Below are positions 28,198 through 38,875 of a DNA stretch of 64,000 nt, one piece after another. The number at the start of each line of letters is the position of its first letter. Position 1 is the first letter of the stretch. The position numbers were made by a program, and so were the translations under genes. This DNA is from an uncultured SAR86 cluster bacterium (GTDB lineage Bacteria > Pseudomonadota > Gammaproteobacteria > Magnimaribacterales > D2472), in NCBI GenBank assembly GCA_902622845.1, contig CACNRI010000004.1, positions 82,012-146,011 on the forward strand, given 5' to 3'. Under the pieces are notes generated by a model. That model was given only the letters and a program-made list of their open reading frames with translations. It did not search any database and was not told the DNA's origin.

Positions 28198-29859
28198 ATG
28201 GACAAAACAAATAAAAAATATAAATCCTTCAGTCCTGTTAACAAGGAAAACAGGAAGTGGCCGTCACAAACAATTAAAAAAGCGCCGATGTGGTGTTCTG
28301 TTGACTTAAGAGACGGTAATCAAGCATTAATTGAGCCTATGGGCGATGAAAGAAAAAAGAGAATGTTTGATTTGCTTTGCAAAATTGGATTCAAACAAAT
28401 TGAAATTGGTTTTCCTGCTGCATCTCAAACTGATTTTGATTTTACAAGATACTTAATTACTGAAAAAATAATTCCCTCAGATGTCACTATTCAGGTCTTA
28501 ACACAGGCTAGACCAGAAATTATTAAAAGGACCTTCGAGGCCCTCGAAGGAGCTCAAAATGCAATTCTTCATTTTTATAACTCAACTTCAACACTTCAAA
28601 GAAGAGTTGTTTTTGACAAAGACAAGGAAGGTGTAAAACAAATTGCAACTGATGCTGCAAAGCTTATAAAAGAATTAGCCGAGAAGTATAAAACTACTAA
28701 TTGGTCATTTGAATACTCTCCCGAGAGCTTTACAGGCACTGAATTAGATTATGCAGTAAGTGTTTGCGATGAAGTTGTCGATATATTGAAAGATTCTTCT
28801 GATAATAAAATTATTATCAATCTTCCTGCAACTGTCGAAATGTCAACAGCAAATATATATGGTGATCAAATAGAATGGATGAGTGAAAACTTTAAGAATA
28901 GAGAAAATATATGTCTCTCGCTTCATCCACATAATGATAGAGGAACTGCAGTAGCAGCCTCTGAGTTTGGTTTAATGGCTGGTGCCGATAGAGTTGAAGG
29001 GACACTTTTTGGAAATGGAGAAAGAACAGGAAATGTAGACATTGTTACCTTAGCCCTAAATATGTACAGTCAGGGTATAAATCCCAATTTAGATTTTTCA
29101 CAAATTAATAATGTTATGAGAGAAGTTGAATACTGTAATCAGCTCCCAGTTCATCCAAGACATCCCTATGCCGGAGACTTGGTCTTCACAGCCTTCTCGG
29201 GATCACATCAAGATGCCATAAAAAAAGGCTTAAATGCTCTAAGGAGCTCTAATGATCCTCAATGGGAGGTACCTTATTTACCAATTGATCCTGCAGATCT
29301 GGGTAGAACATATGAAGCCGTTGTAAGAATTAATTCTCAATCTGGTAAAGGAGGTGTTGCTTTTCTATTAGAAAAAGATCATGGTGTTTCTCTTCCAAGA
29401 AGGCTTCAAATTAGCATGAGCCAGAAGATACAAAAAATTGCTGATGAAACTGGTAAAGAAATTTCTACTTCAGAGGTTTGGGAAATCTTTCATACAAATT
29501 TTGTCATGCCAAAATCAGGACATTCTTTTAAAAACTATTCCTTAAAAACCTCAAATTCGACCAATGCAAGTGATCATATTAAAGCTGAGATTGAAATTAG
29601 TGGAGAAAATCATGAAATATCTGGTTCTGGTAATGGTCCAATTGACGCATTTGTAAATGCTTTAAATCAAAAACTATCAATTGATATAAAAGTATCTGAT
29701 TACCATCAGAGTGCAATCTCATCTGGTTCTGATGCTCAAGCTGCTGCTTATATTGAAATTCAAAAAGGTGACAAAACAAGCTGGGGCGTGGGCATAAATC
29801 CAAATACTACAAAAGCTTCATTTGAAGCAATTATTGTTGGAGTAGCTAAACTAATCTAA
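28198..29859 (+). CDS. leuA: 2-isopropylmalate synthase (long, Pseudomonas/actinobacterial type)
   Basis: 553 aa with SVDLRDGNQALIEPM, EIGFPAASQTDFDF and HPHNDRGTAVA, plus a C-terminal regulatory domain. Confidence 0.93.
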   Translation: MDKTNKKYKSFSPVNKENRKWPSQTIKKAPMWCSVDLRDGNQALIEPMGDERKKRMFDLLCKIGFKQIEIGFPAASQTDFDFTRYLITEKIIPSDVTIQVLTQARPEIIKRTFEALEGAQNAILHFYNSTSTLQRRVVFDKDKEGVKQIATDAAKLIKELAEKYKTTNWSFEYSPESFTGTELDYAVSVCDEVVDILKDSSDNKIIINLPATVEMSTANIYGDQIEWMSENFKNRENICLSLHPHNDRGTAVAASEFGLMAGADRVEGTLFGNGERTGNVDIVTLALNMYSQGINPNLDFSQINNVMREVEYCNQLPVHPRHPYAGDLVFTAFSGSHQDAIKKGLNALRSSNDPQWEVPYLPIDPADLGRTYEAVVRINSQSGKGGVAFLLEKDHGVSLPRRLQISMSQKIQKIADETGKEISTSEVWEIFHTNFVMPKSGHSFKNYSLKTSNSTNASDHIKAEIEISGENHEISGSGNGPIDAFVNALNQKLSIDIKVSDYHQSAISSGSDAQAAAYIEIQKGDKTSWGVGINPNTTKASFEAIIVGVAKLI

Positions 29860-30638
29860 TCAAATTTAGGTTGTCTTTTTTCAAAAAATGCTTGAACAGC
29901 TTCTCTATGTTCAGAGGACCCAAAAATCTCATTCTGAATTTCTGCTTCCTGTTTAAAAGTGTCAAAATAAGATTTATTTAAAGAATCTCTCATTAATCTT
30001 TTAGTGTTTGATAGTGCTTGAGGTGATCTTTTTGCTAATGAATTTGCCCAGGAGTATGTCTCCTCAAGAAGGCTATTATCATCAACAACTTTATTAGCAA
30101 TGCCAAAATCTAAACACATTTGCGAATCTATTTTTTTTGCTTCAATAGCAAATTCAAGGGCCTTTGCATATCCTAAGAATCTTGTTAAAAGCCAATTTAA
30201 TCCACCATCAGGAACAAGAGCTATATTGCTAAAAACTGAAAGAATATATGATGATTTTGTCATAATTCTTAAATCACAGGCCATCGCTAATGCTGCGCCA
30301 ATACCAGCTGCTGGACCATTAATTGCAGCTATTACAATTTTTGGCATTTCAACAATATCATTGAAAATAGGCATATAACCACGAAGAAGAGCATCTTTTG
30401 ATGGGCAATCAGGATCCCAACTTGCTTCTTTTTCAGTTAGATCAGCTCCTGCTGAAAATCCTTTGCCTGAGCCGGTGAGAATAATTACCCTCACTGATTC
30501 ATCTTCAGTTAAATTTTTAAATGCTTGTTGGAGGTCTAGAACTAACGGCTCATTAAATGCATTTAAAACATTGGGTCTATTTAATGTAACTGTTGCTATA
30601 GGTGATTCAATATTTATTTGAAGTGTTTCAGTATTCAT
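29856..30638 (-). CDS. enoyl-CoA hydratase/isomerase family protein
   Basis: 260 aa with a crotonase fold (LTGSGKGFSAGADL, AAINGPAAGIGAALA). Its stop overlaps the leuA stop in convergent orientation. Confidence 0.8.
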   Translation of the reverse strand: MNTETLQINIESPIATVTLNRPNVLNAFNEPLVLDLQQAFKNLTEDESVRVIILTGSGKGFSAGADLTEKEASWDPDCPSKDALLRGYMPIFNDIVEMPKIVIAAINGPAAGIGAALAMACDLRIMTKSSYILSVFSNIALVPDGGLNWLLTRFLGYAKALEFAIEAKKIDSQMCLDFGIANKVVDDNSLLEETYSWANSLAKRSPQALSNTKRLMRDSLNKSYFDTFKQEAEIQNEIFGSSEHREAVQAFFEKRQPKFD

Positions 30639-30652
30639 AATTAAATTATAGG

Positions 30653-31615
30653 TTATTTTTTTTTCAAAATTATATCATTATGCTCAGAGAAGACTTTTCC
30701 TCCAATTTGCTCGCCATCTTTCCTTGACCACTCGACATATGATTCGTTTGAAGGTTTCTTATGAAAAAATACATTCATAATTTCAGATAGAACTTTTTGA
30801 CTAGGTAGAGCAATACCCTTCTTTCTTAAAATTAATCTTATTAACTCTTCTATTAAGAAAGAAGGTGTCTCAATAAATTTTGCTCTTTCAATGATGCCTG
30901 TAGAAATTTCTTTTTTAAAGTTCTTTTCAAGCATGAAATCTAATGAAAGTTTTTTCTTTTTTGCTGTTAATGAGGTAAGTGCAGCCCTTTCAGGAAGTTT
31001 GCTCCATCTTTTTTCAAGGGATGGTATGATCTCATTTCTCAAAAAATTCCTATCAAAATCATTATTTAAATTTGTATCATCTTCAACGTATGGCAAATCA
31101 TTTTTATGAATGAAAATTTCCAAATCAGATTTAGATAAGTTTAAAAATGGTCTTATTATTTCTCCTTTACCTAATGATCTTTTTTCATTTAAACCACTGA
31201 GACCATCAACTCCTGTTCCTCTGAATAGCCTAAGAAGAATTGTTTCAAAAACATCATCTCTATGATGAGCTAATAAAATCTGATCATTTTCATCTAGCAG
31301 GCTTTCAAAAATTTTATATCTTGCCTGCCTTGCCTGCGACTCAATACTAGATCTATTTTTTGAAACTTCTACCATGAAAGATTCAAATTTAATATTATTA
31401 CTCCTGCAAAAACTCTCACAATGCTGCTGCCAGTTGTAACTATTTTTTGAAAGATTATGATTTATATGAATTGCTTTTAGATTACTTATTTTTTTTTGTT
31501 TTAAGGCTTTGTTGCATAAAAATAAAAGTGCTGTTGAGTCCAATCCTCCACTAAAAGCTACAAAAATTCTATTCTTTGGAGACAATGCATCTAAGAGATT
31601 TGTAGAGAGTGACAA
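30653..31615 (-). CDS. tilS: tRNA(Ile)-lysidine synthase, short form
   Basis: 320 aa with the PP-loop FVAFSGGLDSTALL and LAHHRDD. It is downstream of accA, as in other gammaproteobacteria. No TilS C-terminal domain is recognisable. Confidence 0.85.
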   Translation of the reverse strand: MSLSTNLLDALSPKNRIFVAFSGGLDSTALLFLCNKALKQKKISNLKAIHINHNLSKNSYNWQQHCESFCRSNNIKFESFMVEVSKNRSSIESQARQARYKIFESLLDENDQILLAHHRDDVFETILLRLFRGTGVDGLSGLNEKRSLGKGEIIRPFLNLSKSDLEIFIHKNDLPYVEDDTNLNNDFDRNFLRNEIIPSLEKRWSKLPERAALTSLTAKKKKLSLDFMLEKNFKKEISTGIIERAKFIETPSFLIEELIRLILRKKGIALPSQKVLSEIMNVFFHKKPSNESYVEWSRKDGEQIGGKVFSEHNDIILKKK

Positions 31616-31616
31616 G

Positions 31617-32564
31617 CTATTTTCCTACTTCCGTAAGCCTTAAGTAACGTCTTTCTAAAAGTCTCTCAAGAGGAATCTTATTAAGATTTTCAATATTTGA
31701 TAACAACGACTGCCTAACATGTTGAGAGATAGTTTTGTAATTTCTGTGTGCGCCGCCTATTGGCTCTTCAATAATTTCATCAATAATATTGAGCTTAATC
31801 AAATCTTTTGCAGTTAATTTCATTGCTTCTGCTGCTTCTTCTGCTTTTTCAGATGATCTCCATACAATTGAGGCACATGCCTCAGGAGAGGCCACAGAAT
31901 AAATTGCATGCTCAAGCATACTCACGTGATCACCAACGCCTAAAGCCAAAGCTCCACCTGATCCACCCTCGCCAGTTACAACTATAATAATTCTTGTATT
32001 TAGTTGAGACATAAGAGCTAAGTTAGAAGCAATTGCTTCACTTTGGCCTCTTTCCTCTCCCTCTATTCCTGGATAAGCTCCAGATGTATCTACAAAAGTT
32101 ATGATAGGTATCTCAAACTGCTCTGCCATTTTCATTAATCTTTTTGCTTTACGATATCCCTCTGGTTGAGGCATCCCAAAATTTCTCCTAACCTTCTCCT
32201 CTGTACCCTTTCCCTTTTCATGACCAATGATCATTACAGGTATATCATCTATTTTTGCAAGGCCGCCAATTATTGATGGATCATCACCAAACTGCCTATC
32301 TCCATGAAGCTCATCAAAATCAGAAAAAATATTTTCAATATAATCAGAGGTATGGGGTCTTTGTGGATGTCTTGAAATCAATACTTTGTTCCATCGAGAA
32401 AGATTTGAATATATTTTTTTAGTTCTATCTTCAAACTCCAATTGGAGCTTATCTATCTGAGATCTTAATTCAGGATTATCTTTTGAAACAATCTCTAGCG
32501 CATCAATTTTGTCTGAAATTTCTTCCAATGGTTTTTCAAATTCTAAAAAGTGACGTTTAATCAT
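31617..32564 (-). CDS. accA: acetyl-CoA carboxylase carboxyltransferase alpha subunit
   Basis: 315 aa with FVDTSGAYPGIEGEERGQSEAIA and GEGGSGGALA. Confidence 0.95.
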   Translation of the reverse strand: MIKRHFLEFEKPLEEISDKIDALEIVSKDNPELRSQIDKLQLEFEDRTKKIYSNLSRWNKVLISRHPQRPHTSDYIENIFSDFDELHGDRQFGDDPSIIGGLAKIDDIPVMIIGHEKGKGTEEKVRRNFGMPQPEGYRKAKRLMKMAEQFEIPIITFVDTSGAYPGIEGEERGQSEAIASNLALMSQLNTRIIIVVTGEGGSGGALALGVGDHVSMLEHAIYSVASPEACASIVWRSSEKAEEAAEAMKLTAKDLIKLNIIDEIIEEPIGGAHRNYKTISQHVRQSLLSNIENLNKIPLERLLERRYLRLTEVGK

Positions 32565-32566
32565 AA

Positions 32567-35500
32567 TTAGCTCAATTTAATCTTATTATCTCCAAAGATG
32601 CTTCTTAAATTATCTAAATTTTCTGAATTTAGATCAATCATAAAGTTATCATTTAAAGAAATAAGTGCTTCTGTGCTGTCTTTAAGTATTTTTAGCTTTA
32701 CTTTGCTCTCACCACCCCAAAAATCTGGATCAATCTTGTTTAGTTTTTGTTTAATTTCTTGAAGAGAGTCACCACTAACAGTGTCACAAATAATTAAGAG
32801 ATCTTTTTTGCTATCAACTAAGTCGCTTTCAACTGCATTTATATTCTTTACTCTCATTCTATACATTGTTGAATTAGTTTCTCTAGATCTGTAATCATCT
32901 ACCTCAACTAATCCATAAAATCTTAAGATTGTATCTTCCTGAATGATTCCATATTTCTCTTCATACAAATCAGAAAGAATTATTCCATCCATAGATCCAC
33001 TTTCATCATCAAAATTTACAAAAGTAATCGGTTTATTTTTAGAATCTTTTATCTGTCTAGTTGAATTAACAAGACCAACAATTGTTGCAGAAGAAGTATT
33101 TGCATCAAGATCTGATATTTTATGAGACCTTAAATCTTTAATATCATCTTTTATTGCTTCTACTGGATGGCCAGAAATATAAAAACCAAGGGCTTCTTTT
33201 TCATACTTCAGTTTCTGAGAAAAATTAAGAGGATTCACATCTTTATACTGGTCATAAGGATTAAAATCTTCCTCTACATTTGAAAATAGATCCCCTGCAA
33301 ACAATGCATCAGATGCTTTTTTGTCACCTTCTTTTAGGATATCTGGTATACATGCTAAGGCAATTGATCTTGAATCACATATCGAATCAAAAGCTCCTGC
33401 TTTTGATAAAGATTCAAGTGATTTCTTTCCGCCTAATTTAACATTAACTTTTTTTGAGAAATCTAATAAGTTATTAAATGTATGTTTTTCTCTAATGTCG
33501 GATAGGTGATAGATAAAAGATTCTGCTACGCCCTTGAGAGAGGTTAGTCCATATTCAATTTGTTTTTTTGGATTAACAAAGAAATTTGTTCCGCTTGTAA
33601 GAATATTTGGACTTAAGACACTTATATTCATGTCTTTACATTCTTTAATTATTGAGCTTATTTTATCAGTATTTCCTTGAGCCGAAGAAAGAACAGCTGC
33701 CATAAAATACTCAGGATAATATGCTTTTAGATACGCCGTTTGAAATGATAGCAAAGCATAAGCCGCTGAATGAGATTTATTAAAGCCATAACCAGCAAAA
33801 GTCTCAATTAAATTAAATATTTTATTTGCGAGATCTTCTTTAATATTATTATCTTTACAGCCATTAACAAAAATAGTCCTTTGCTTATCCATTTCTTCCA
33901 CTTGTTTTTTTCCCATTGCTCTTCGGAGAATATCAGCTTGCCCAAGTGAGTATCCTGCTAGAACCCTTGCAGACTCCATAACTTGCTCTTGGTAAAGGAT
34001 TACGCCATAAGTTTCAGATAAAACAGGTTCAAGCAACTTGTGAGGATACGTAACAGGGACCTTACCATTTTTTCTATTTACAAATTCATCATGCATCCCT
34101 GAATCCAATGGCCCAGGTCTAAATAATGCCAAAAGAGCAACTATTTCCTCAAATTTTGTCGGTTTAAGTCTTTTAATAAGATCCTTCATACCTGGGGATT
34201 CAAGCTGGAAAACTGCGGTAGTTTTTCCAGCGGATAACAGCTCAAAAACTTTTGAGTCATTAAGATCTATATTTGATATATCTAGCTGATCCTTATTTTG
34301 TGAAGCAAGATCATCATTAATTGATTTTATTGCCTTATCTATAATAGTAAGTGTTCTTAGCCCTAAAAAATCAAATTTAACTAGTCCAATTTTTTCAACA
34401 TCATCTTTATCAAATTGTGTAAGCACAGAAGAAGTATCACTATCAAAATATATTGGAGAAAAGTCTGAAAGTGACCCAGGCGCAATCACAATTCCTCCAG
34501 CATGTTTTCCAATGTTTCTAATACCACCTTCTAATTTGAAAGATAAATTCATAATTTCTTGGACTTCGTCATCATCCTTAATGGCCTGTTTGAGGACTGG
34601 CTGTCTAGATATTGCTTTTTCAAGAGTCATTCCAATCTCAAAAGGAATCATTTTAGAGATTCTATCTCCAAGACTATACGGTTTTCCAAGCGCTCTGGTA
34701 ACATCTCTAACAACTCCTCTGGCAGCCATTGTCCCAAAAGTTACAATTTGGGATACGGCATCTTTACCATACTTTGAACTAACGTATTCAATAACTTTAT
34801 CTCTCTTCTCCATGCAAAAATCTATGTCAAAGTCTGGCATTGATATTCTCTCTGGATTGAGAAATCGTTCAAAAAGAAGACCATGTTTGATCGGATCAAG
34901 AGCCGTAATACCAAGACAAAATGCAACTAAAGAGCCTGCTCCTGAACCTCTGCCTGGACCAACAGGGACATCATTATTTTTGGACCATTTTATAAAATCA
35001 TAAACAATAAGAAAATAACTGGAAAATCCCATAGTTTTTATTTGGTCTAGCTCATATTTAACTCTTGTTTTGTATTCCTCTACCTTATCATTATCAAATT
35101 TAGCAATTAGTTTATCTAGACTTTCTTCAACCAAACTCTTTAAGTGAGTATCAAAATCTTGCCCATCAGGAACAGGATACTCCGGTAGAAAATACCCATC
35201 AGGCTCTATACTTAAATTGCATTGTTTAGCAATTTCAAGAGTATTTGAAAGAACATCCGGAAAATCTCCAAATAAATCCTGCATCTCATCCTGGGATTTG
35301 AAGTACTGTTCCTCAGAATATATTTTTTCTCTGTTAGGATCATTCAGTGTTTTGCCACTATTAATACATACCTTGGTTTCATGAATTTCAAAGTCTTCTC
35401 TGTCTCCAAATAGAACATCATTTGTTGCTATTACAGGAATACTAAGTCTTGAGGCAATAGGTAGAATGGAAGCGATAAAAATTTTGTGACTTTCTTTACC

Positions 35501-36004
35501 AGTATTTTGAATCTCAATTACAAAATTATTTTTAAAATCTGCTTTATATTTCTCAATAAGCTCAACTGCTTCATTCTCCTTATCATTAAGAATGAGTGAA
35601 AAGATTTCGGAATTTTCACATCCAGTTATTACAAAAATATCATTGCAAATATTTAAAAAATCATCATATAAGATACTTTTTGATTGGTTTCTACTAGCTT
35701 TTGAAAGTCCATGCATGAGGTTCTTGTGTCCATCAAGATTTTTAGCTAGGCAGAGAAACTCATAAGGTCTATCCTCTGAAGATCTGGCAATATTAAGTGT
35801 TGATCCACTTATGGGTTTAATGCCTTCTTTTTCACATTTCTTAAAAAATTTGACGAGACCAAACATGTTGGAATGATCTGTTAATGCAATTGCTGGCATA
35901 CCAAAAGATTTTGCTTTTTCAACAAGTTTCTCTACAGATAAGAGTCCTTTAAATATGCTGTACTCTGATGAAACTCTTAAATGAGCAAATGATGATTTCA
36001 TCAA
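32567..36004 (-). CDS. dnaE: DNA polymerase III alpha subunit
   Basis: 1145 aa with an N-terminal PHP domain (HLRVSSEYS, LTDHSNMFG), the palm motif MPDFDIDF, and an OB-fold C-terminus. Confidence 0.97.
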   Translation of the reverse strand: MMKSSFAHLRVSSEYSIFKGLLSVEKLVEKAKSFGMPAIALTDHSNMFGLVKFFKKCEKEGIKPISGSTLNIARSSEDRPYEFLCLAKNLDGHKNLMHGLSKASRNQSKSILYDDFLNICNDIFVITGCENSEIFSLILNDKENEAVELIEKYKADFKNNFVIEIQNTGKESHKIFIASILPIASRLSIPVIATNDVLFGDREDFEIHETKVCINSGKTLNDPNREKIYSEEQYFKSQDEMQDLFGDFPDVLSNTLEIAKQCNLSIEPDGYFLPEYPVPDGQDFDTHLKSLVEESLDKLIAKFDNDKVEEYKTRVKYELDQIKTMGFSSYFLIVYDFIKWSKNNDVPVGPGRGSGAGSLVAFCLGITALDPIKHGLLFERFLNPERISMPDFDIDFCMEKRDKVIEYVSSKYGKDAVSQIVTFGTMAARGVVRDVTRALGKPYSLGDRISKMIPFEIGMTLEKAISRQPVLKQAIKDDDEVQEIMNLSFKLEGGIRNIGKHAGGIVIAPGSLSDFSPIYFDSDTSSVLTQFDKDDVEKIGLVKFDFLGLRTLTIIDKAIKSINDDLASQNKDQLDISNIDLNDSKVFELLSAGKTTAVFQLESPGMKDLIKRLKPTKFEEIVALLALFRPGPLDSGMHDEFVNRKNGKVPVTYPHKLLEPVLSETYGVILYQEQVMESARVLAGYSLGQADILRRAMGKKQVEEMDKQRTIFVNGCKDNNIKEDLANKIFNLIETFAGYGFNKSHSAAYALLSFQTAYLKAYYPEYFMAAVLSSAQGNTDKISSIIKECKDMNISVLSPNILTSGTNFFVNPKKQIEYGLTSLKGVAESFIYHLSDIREKHTFNNLLDFSKKVNVKLGGKKSLESLSKAGAFDSICDSRSIALACIPDILKEGDKKASDALFAGDLFSNVEEDFNPYDQYKDVNPLNFSQKLKYEKEALGFYISGHPVEAIKDDIKDLRSHKISDLDANTSSATIVGLVNSTRQIKDSKNKPITFVNFDDESGSMDGIILSDLYEEKYGIIQEDTILRFYGLVEVDDYRSRETNSTMYRMRVKNINAVESDLVDSKKDLLIICDTVSGDSLQEIKQKLNKIDPDFWGGESKVKLKILKDSTEALISLNDNFMIDLNSENLDNLRSIFGDNKIKLS

Positions 36005-36582
36005 TTCACACCTTTAAAAGTTTTTCTATGGATTCTTGTTAAACCATATCTTTTAAGCATTTCTTTGTGAAATTTTGTTGGATATCCTTTGTGTTTATGG
36101 AATCCGTAATCAGGAAATTCTTCACTATATGCCATCATTAACTTATCTCTATATACTTTTGCTACTATGGAAGCTGCACTAATTGATGGTATCAAATTAT
36201 CTCCTCCCACAATAGACTCTATTTCGATTGAAGTTTCAAAAATATGAGTGCCATCAACTAAAATTTTTTTTGGTTTCACATCAAGCTTTTCTAATGACCT
36301 TCGCATCGCTAACAAGGAAGCTTGTAAGATATTAATTTTATCAATCTCGTGGTTATCTGCAGCTCCTATTGCAAATATGGAATTTTCTATTATTTCCTGA
36401 CTCAAATTCTCCCTTTTTTTTGGGGAAAGTTTTTTTGAGTCCACGAGGCCTTTTATTGGCCTCTTTAGGATTACAGATGCAGCTATTACAGGTCCGGCAA
36501 GACAGCCTCTTCCAACTTCATCAACACCAGCAATCATTGATTTATAAGATAGATACTTCTTTGGCCAAAGAATCAAAACCAA
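36001..36582 (-). CDS. rnhB: ribonuclease HII
   Basis: Contains the AGVDEVGRG catalytic motif. The start is uncertain. The ORF-track Met (36582) overlaps lpxB by 41 nt. The alternative Met16 (36537) leaves only 2 aa before AGVDEVGRG. Confidence 0.92.
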   Translation of the reverse strand: MVLILWPKKYLSYKSMIAGVDEVGRGCLAGPVIAASVILKRPIKGLVDSKKLSPKKRENLSQEIIENSIFAIGAADNHEIDKINILQASLLAMRRSLEKLDVKPKKILVDGTHIFETSIEIESIVGGDNLIPSISAASIVAKVYRDKLMMAYSEEFPDYGFHKHKGYPTKFHKEMLKRYGLTRIHRKTFKGVN

Positions 36583-37657
36583 TGCCTTTAAGATTTTTTA
36601 TTATAAGGCTGGTCTTTTGATCAAGTAAGAATTTATTTATTTTTAGTTTTTGTGTTTCTAAGAGTATATTTTGCGGCGTACATGCTGTTTGAACCAACTC
36701 AGGAAAGAATTTTTGTGAAAGAAGAAGGTTTGGAAGGCCAATTATTTCTGTTTGCATCATTCTTGAAATAATGAAATGGTTAAAAAATGATGTTTTATAA
36801 CAAATTATTGGGTGAGCCCCTAAAACACAAGATTGCAGTGAAGCGGTTCCAGAAGTAACGATAGAAAAATCTGATATAGATAAAAAATCATTTGCGGCAT
36901 TAACCTCAATAGAGTAATGAACCTTAGAGTCATTTAAATATGAATCAATATGTTCAAGATCATCATTGTTTACAGCTGGTATGAGAAAATGAGCATTTTC
37001 ATTTAAATCATTATAAAGTTTCATAAATTCTAAATAAGTTGGCATCATATTCTTTATTTCTGAATTTCTGCTTCCAGGCATGATGCTAATGTATTTTTTA
37101 TCCTTATCAAGGTTAAATTTCTTCAGAACATCCGATGTTATGCTTGGTTTAAGTTCTGAAAAATGATGCCCTAGAAGAATATTATTTAAGCCATGTTTTT
37201 TATAAAAATCATGTTCAAATTTAAATAGTGATGCACTGAGGTCAGTATATTTTTTTATATTCGTTAACCTTCCCTTTCTCCAAGCCCAAATAGAAGGTGT
37301 AACTAGTTGAACTGTTTTTATTTTTGAGATTTTCTTTAATTGCTTTTGAATTTGCATATTAAAATCGGGCGAATCTATGCCTATAAAAACATCAATCTTT
37401 TCATTTATAAACAAATTACAAAGATCATTCTTATAAGACATGATCTTGGAATAATTAACAATAGGATCTACGAGACCCATTATATTTAAATTATTAAAGT
37501 CAAATACTGATTTGAGCCCCTGACCCTGCATTTTTGGACCGCCAACACCAAAGATCTTTACATTTTTTATTTTTTTTAAGGCTTTAAGAAGATTTTCTCC
37601 TAAAATGTCACCGGAATGTTCTCCAGCAACAATTCCTATCTTGATAGAATCTTTCAC
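36542..37657 (-). CDS. lpxB: lipid-A-disaccharide synthase
   Basis: 371 aa with the N-terminal IGIVAGEHSGDILG. It sits in the lpxD-fabZ-lpxA-lpxB cluster. Confidence 0.9.
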   Translation of the reverse strand: MKDSIKIGIVAGEHSGDILGENLLKALKKIKNVKIFGVGGPKMQGQGLKSVFDFNNLNIMGLVDPIVNYSKIMSYKNDLCNLFINEKIDVFIGIDSPDFNMQIQKQLKKISKIKTVQLVTPSIWAWRKGRLTNIKKYTDLSASLFKFEHDFYKKHGLNNILLGHHFSELKPSITSDVLKKFNLDKDKKYISIMPGSRNSEIKNMMPTYLEFMKLYNDLNENAHFLIPAVNNDDLEHIDSYLNDSKVHYSIEVNAANDFLSISDFSIVTSGTASLQSCVLGAHPIICYKTSFFNHFIISRMMQTEIIGLPNLLLSQKFFPELVQTACTPQNILLETQKLKINKFLLDQKTSLIIKNLKGIGFDSLAKEVSIL

Positions 37658-38434
37658 CTATCTAAGAATACCTCTTTCAGATGATTTAATAGAGTCGATA
37701 AAGTTTCGTACTTCTTGGACATTACTGGACTCGATAGATTCAACTTTCTCTATTGCAGCCTTTAAATTAAATCCTTTTCTATAAATAATTTTGTATGCTT
37801 TTTTAAGAATGGTTATTGTTTCCTGATCAATACCTCCTCTTTCCATACCTACTGAATTTAGCCCAACAACTCTTGCAGGATTTGAAGCTACTTTTATGTA
37901 TGAAGGTACATCCATTGTTATCGAAGCATTCATGCCTGCAAAAGAATAGTCTCCCATCTGACAGAACTGATGAATGGTGGTTAAAGCTCCTATAGTCACA
38001 TTGTTACCTACAGTTACATGACCAGCTATACCTGAATTATTAGCAAAAACATTATCATTACCAACGACGCAATCATGAGCAACATGAGCATAAGCCATAA
38101 ATAAGTTCTTGTTACCAATTACTGTGGTGCTTTTATCTTGGACAGTTCCTCTATGGACAGTCACACCCTCTCTGAAGATATTTTCATCTCCGATTACAAG
38201 AGTTGTTTCCTCACCTTTAAATTTCTTATCTGGAGTATCTTCACCTATGGTACAGAACTGATAAAAAACATTATTTTTTCCTATGGTTGTTGGGCCTTTC
38301 AAAACAACATGAGAGAGCAGTTTTGAACCAGATTTTATTTTGACTTTCTCTCCCACAATACAAAATGGTCCAATTTCAACATTTTCATCGATTTCGGCAG
38401 AAGGATGTATTATTGAGGATTCGTGAATAGACAT
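37658..38434 (-). CDS. lpxA: acyl-ACP--UDP-GlcNAc O-acyltransferase
   Basis: 258 aa with left-handed beta-helix hexapeptide repeats and a helical C-terminal domain. It has the cluster position expected of lpxA. Confidence 0.93.
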   Translation of the reverse strand: MSIHESSIIHPSAEIDENVEIGPFCIVGEKVKIKSGSKLLSHVVLKGPTTIGKNNVFYQFCTIGEDTPDKKFKGEETTLVIGDENIFREGVTVHRGTVQDKSTTVIGNKNLFMAYAHVAHDCVVGNDNVFANNSGIAGHVTVGNNVTIGALTTIHQFCQMGDYSFAGMNASITMDVPSYIKVASNPARVVGLNSVGMERGGIDQETITILKKAYKIIYRKGFNLKAAIEKVESIESSNVQEVRNFIDSIKSSERGILR

Positions 38435-38875
38435 TTATTTTTTTCTCTCTGCACATAATATATTAGCAGAACATACCAATTTCCCATTAACTTCAGCAAA
38501 ACACTCAAATTTCCAGATTCCTCTTGTGCTTCCAAGAACTTTGCTGAAAATATCTACTTTATCTCCTGGTAATACTCTTTGTCTAAATCTTGCTTTATCA
38601 ACCCCTGCAATAACATAAATTGAGCCCTCTTCAGGAGTCTTATCCATTGTCTTAAAACCCAAAATGCCTGATGCTTGACCCATGGCTTCTATTAGAATAA
38701 CTCCCGGGACAATGGGATTTCCTGGAAAATGACCTTCTAAAAAAACACTATCATTTTTTACATACATCACAGCATGAATATTACTGCCTTCTTCAAGAAG
38801 AACTACTTCATCTATAAAAAGAAATGGATCTCTATGTGGAAGATACTTTAGTATCTGATTTCTAGAAAGTATCAT
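38435..38875 (-). CDS. fabZ: 3-hydroxyacyl-ACP dehydratase FabZ
   Basis: 146 aa with LPHRDPFLFID and HFPGNPIVPGVILIEAMGQ. Confidence 0.93.
   Translation of the reverse strand: MILSRNQILKYLPHRDPFLFIDEVVLLEEGSNIHAVMYVKNDSVFLEGHFPGNPIVPGVILIEAMGQASGILGFKTMDKTPEEGSIYVIAGVDKARFRQRVLPGDKVDIFSKVLGSTRGIWKFECFAEVNGKLVCSANILCAERKK

Noticed and set aside
34512-35003. Other long antisense or alternate-frame ORFs in the track: 34512-35003 in dnaE, 17452-17874 in lptF, 45036-45446 across dxr/cdsA, 13801-14148 in dapE, 59844-60215 across rpmA/rplU, and 20567-20896 in valS.
   Set aside because: Each lies entirely within or across a gene whose sense-frame homology is clear. Their translations are low complexity, and none has a ribosome-binding site or independent intergenic space.
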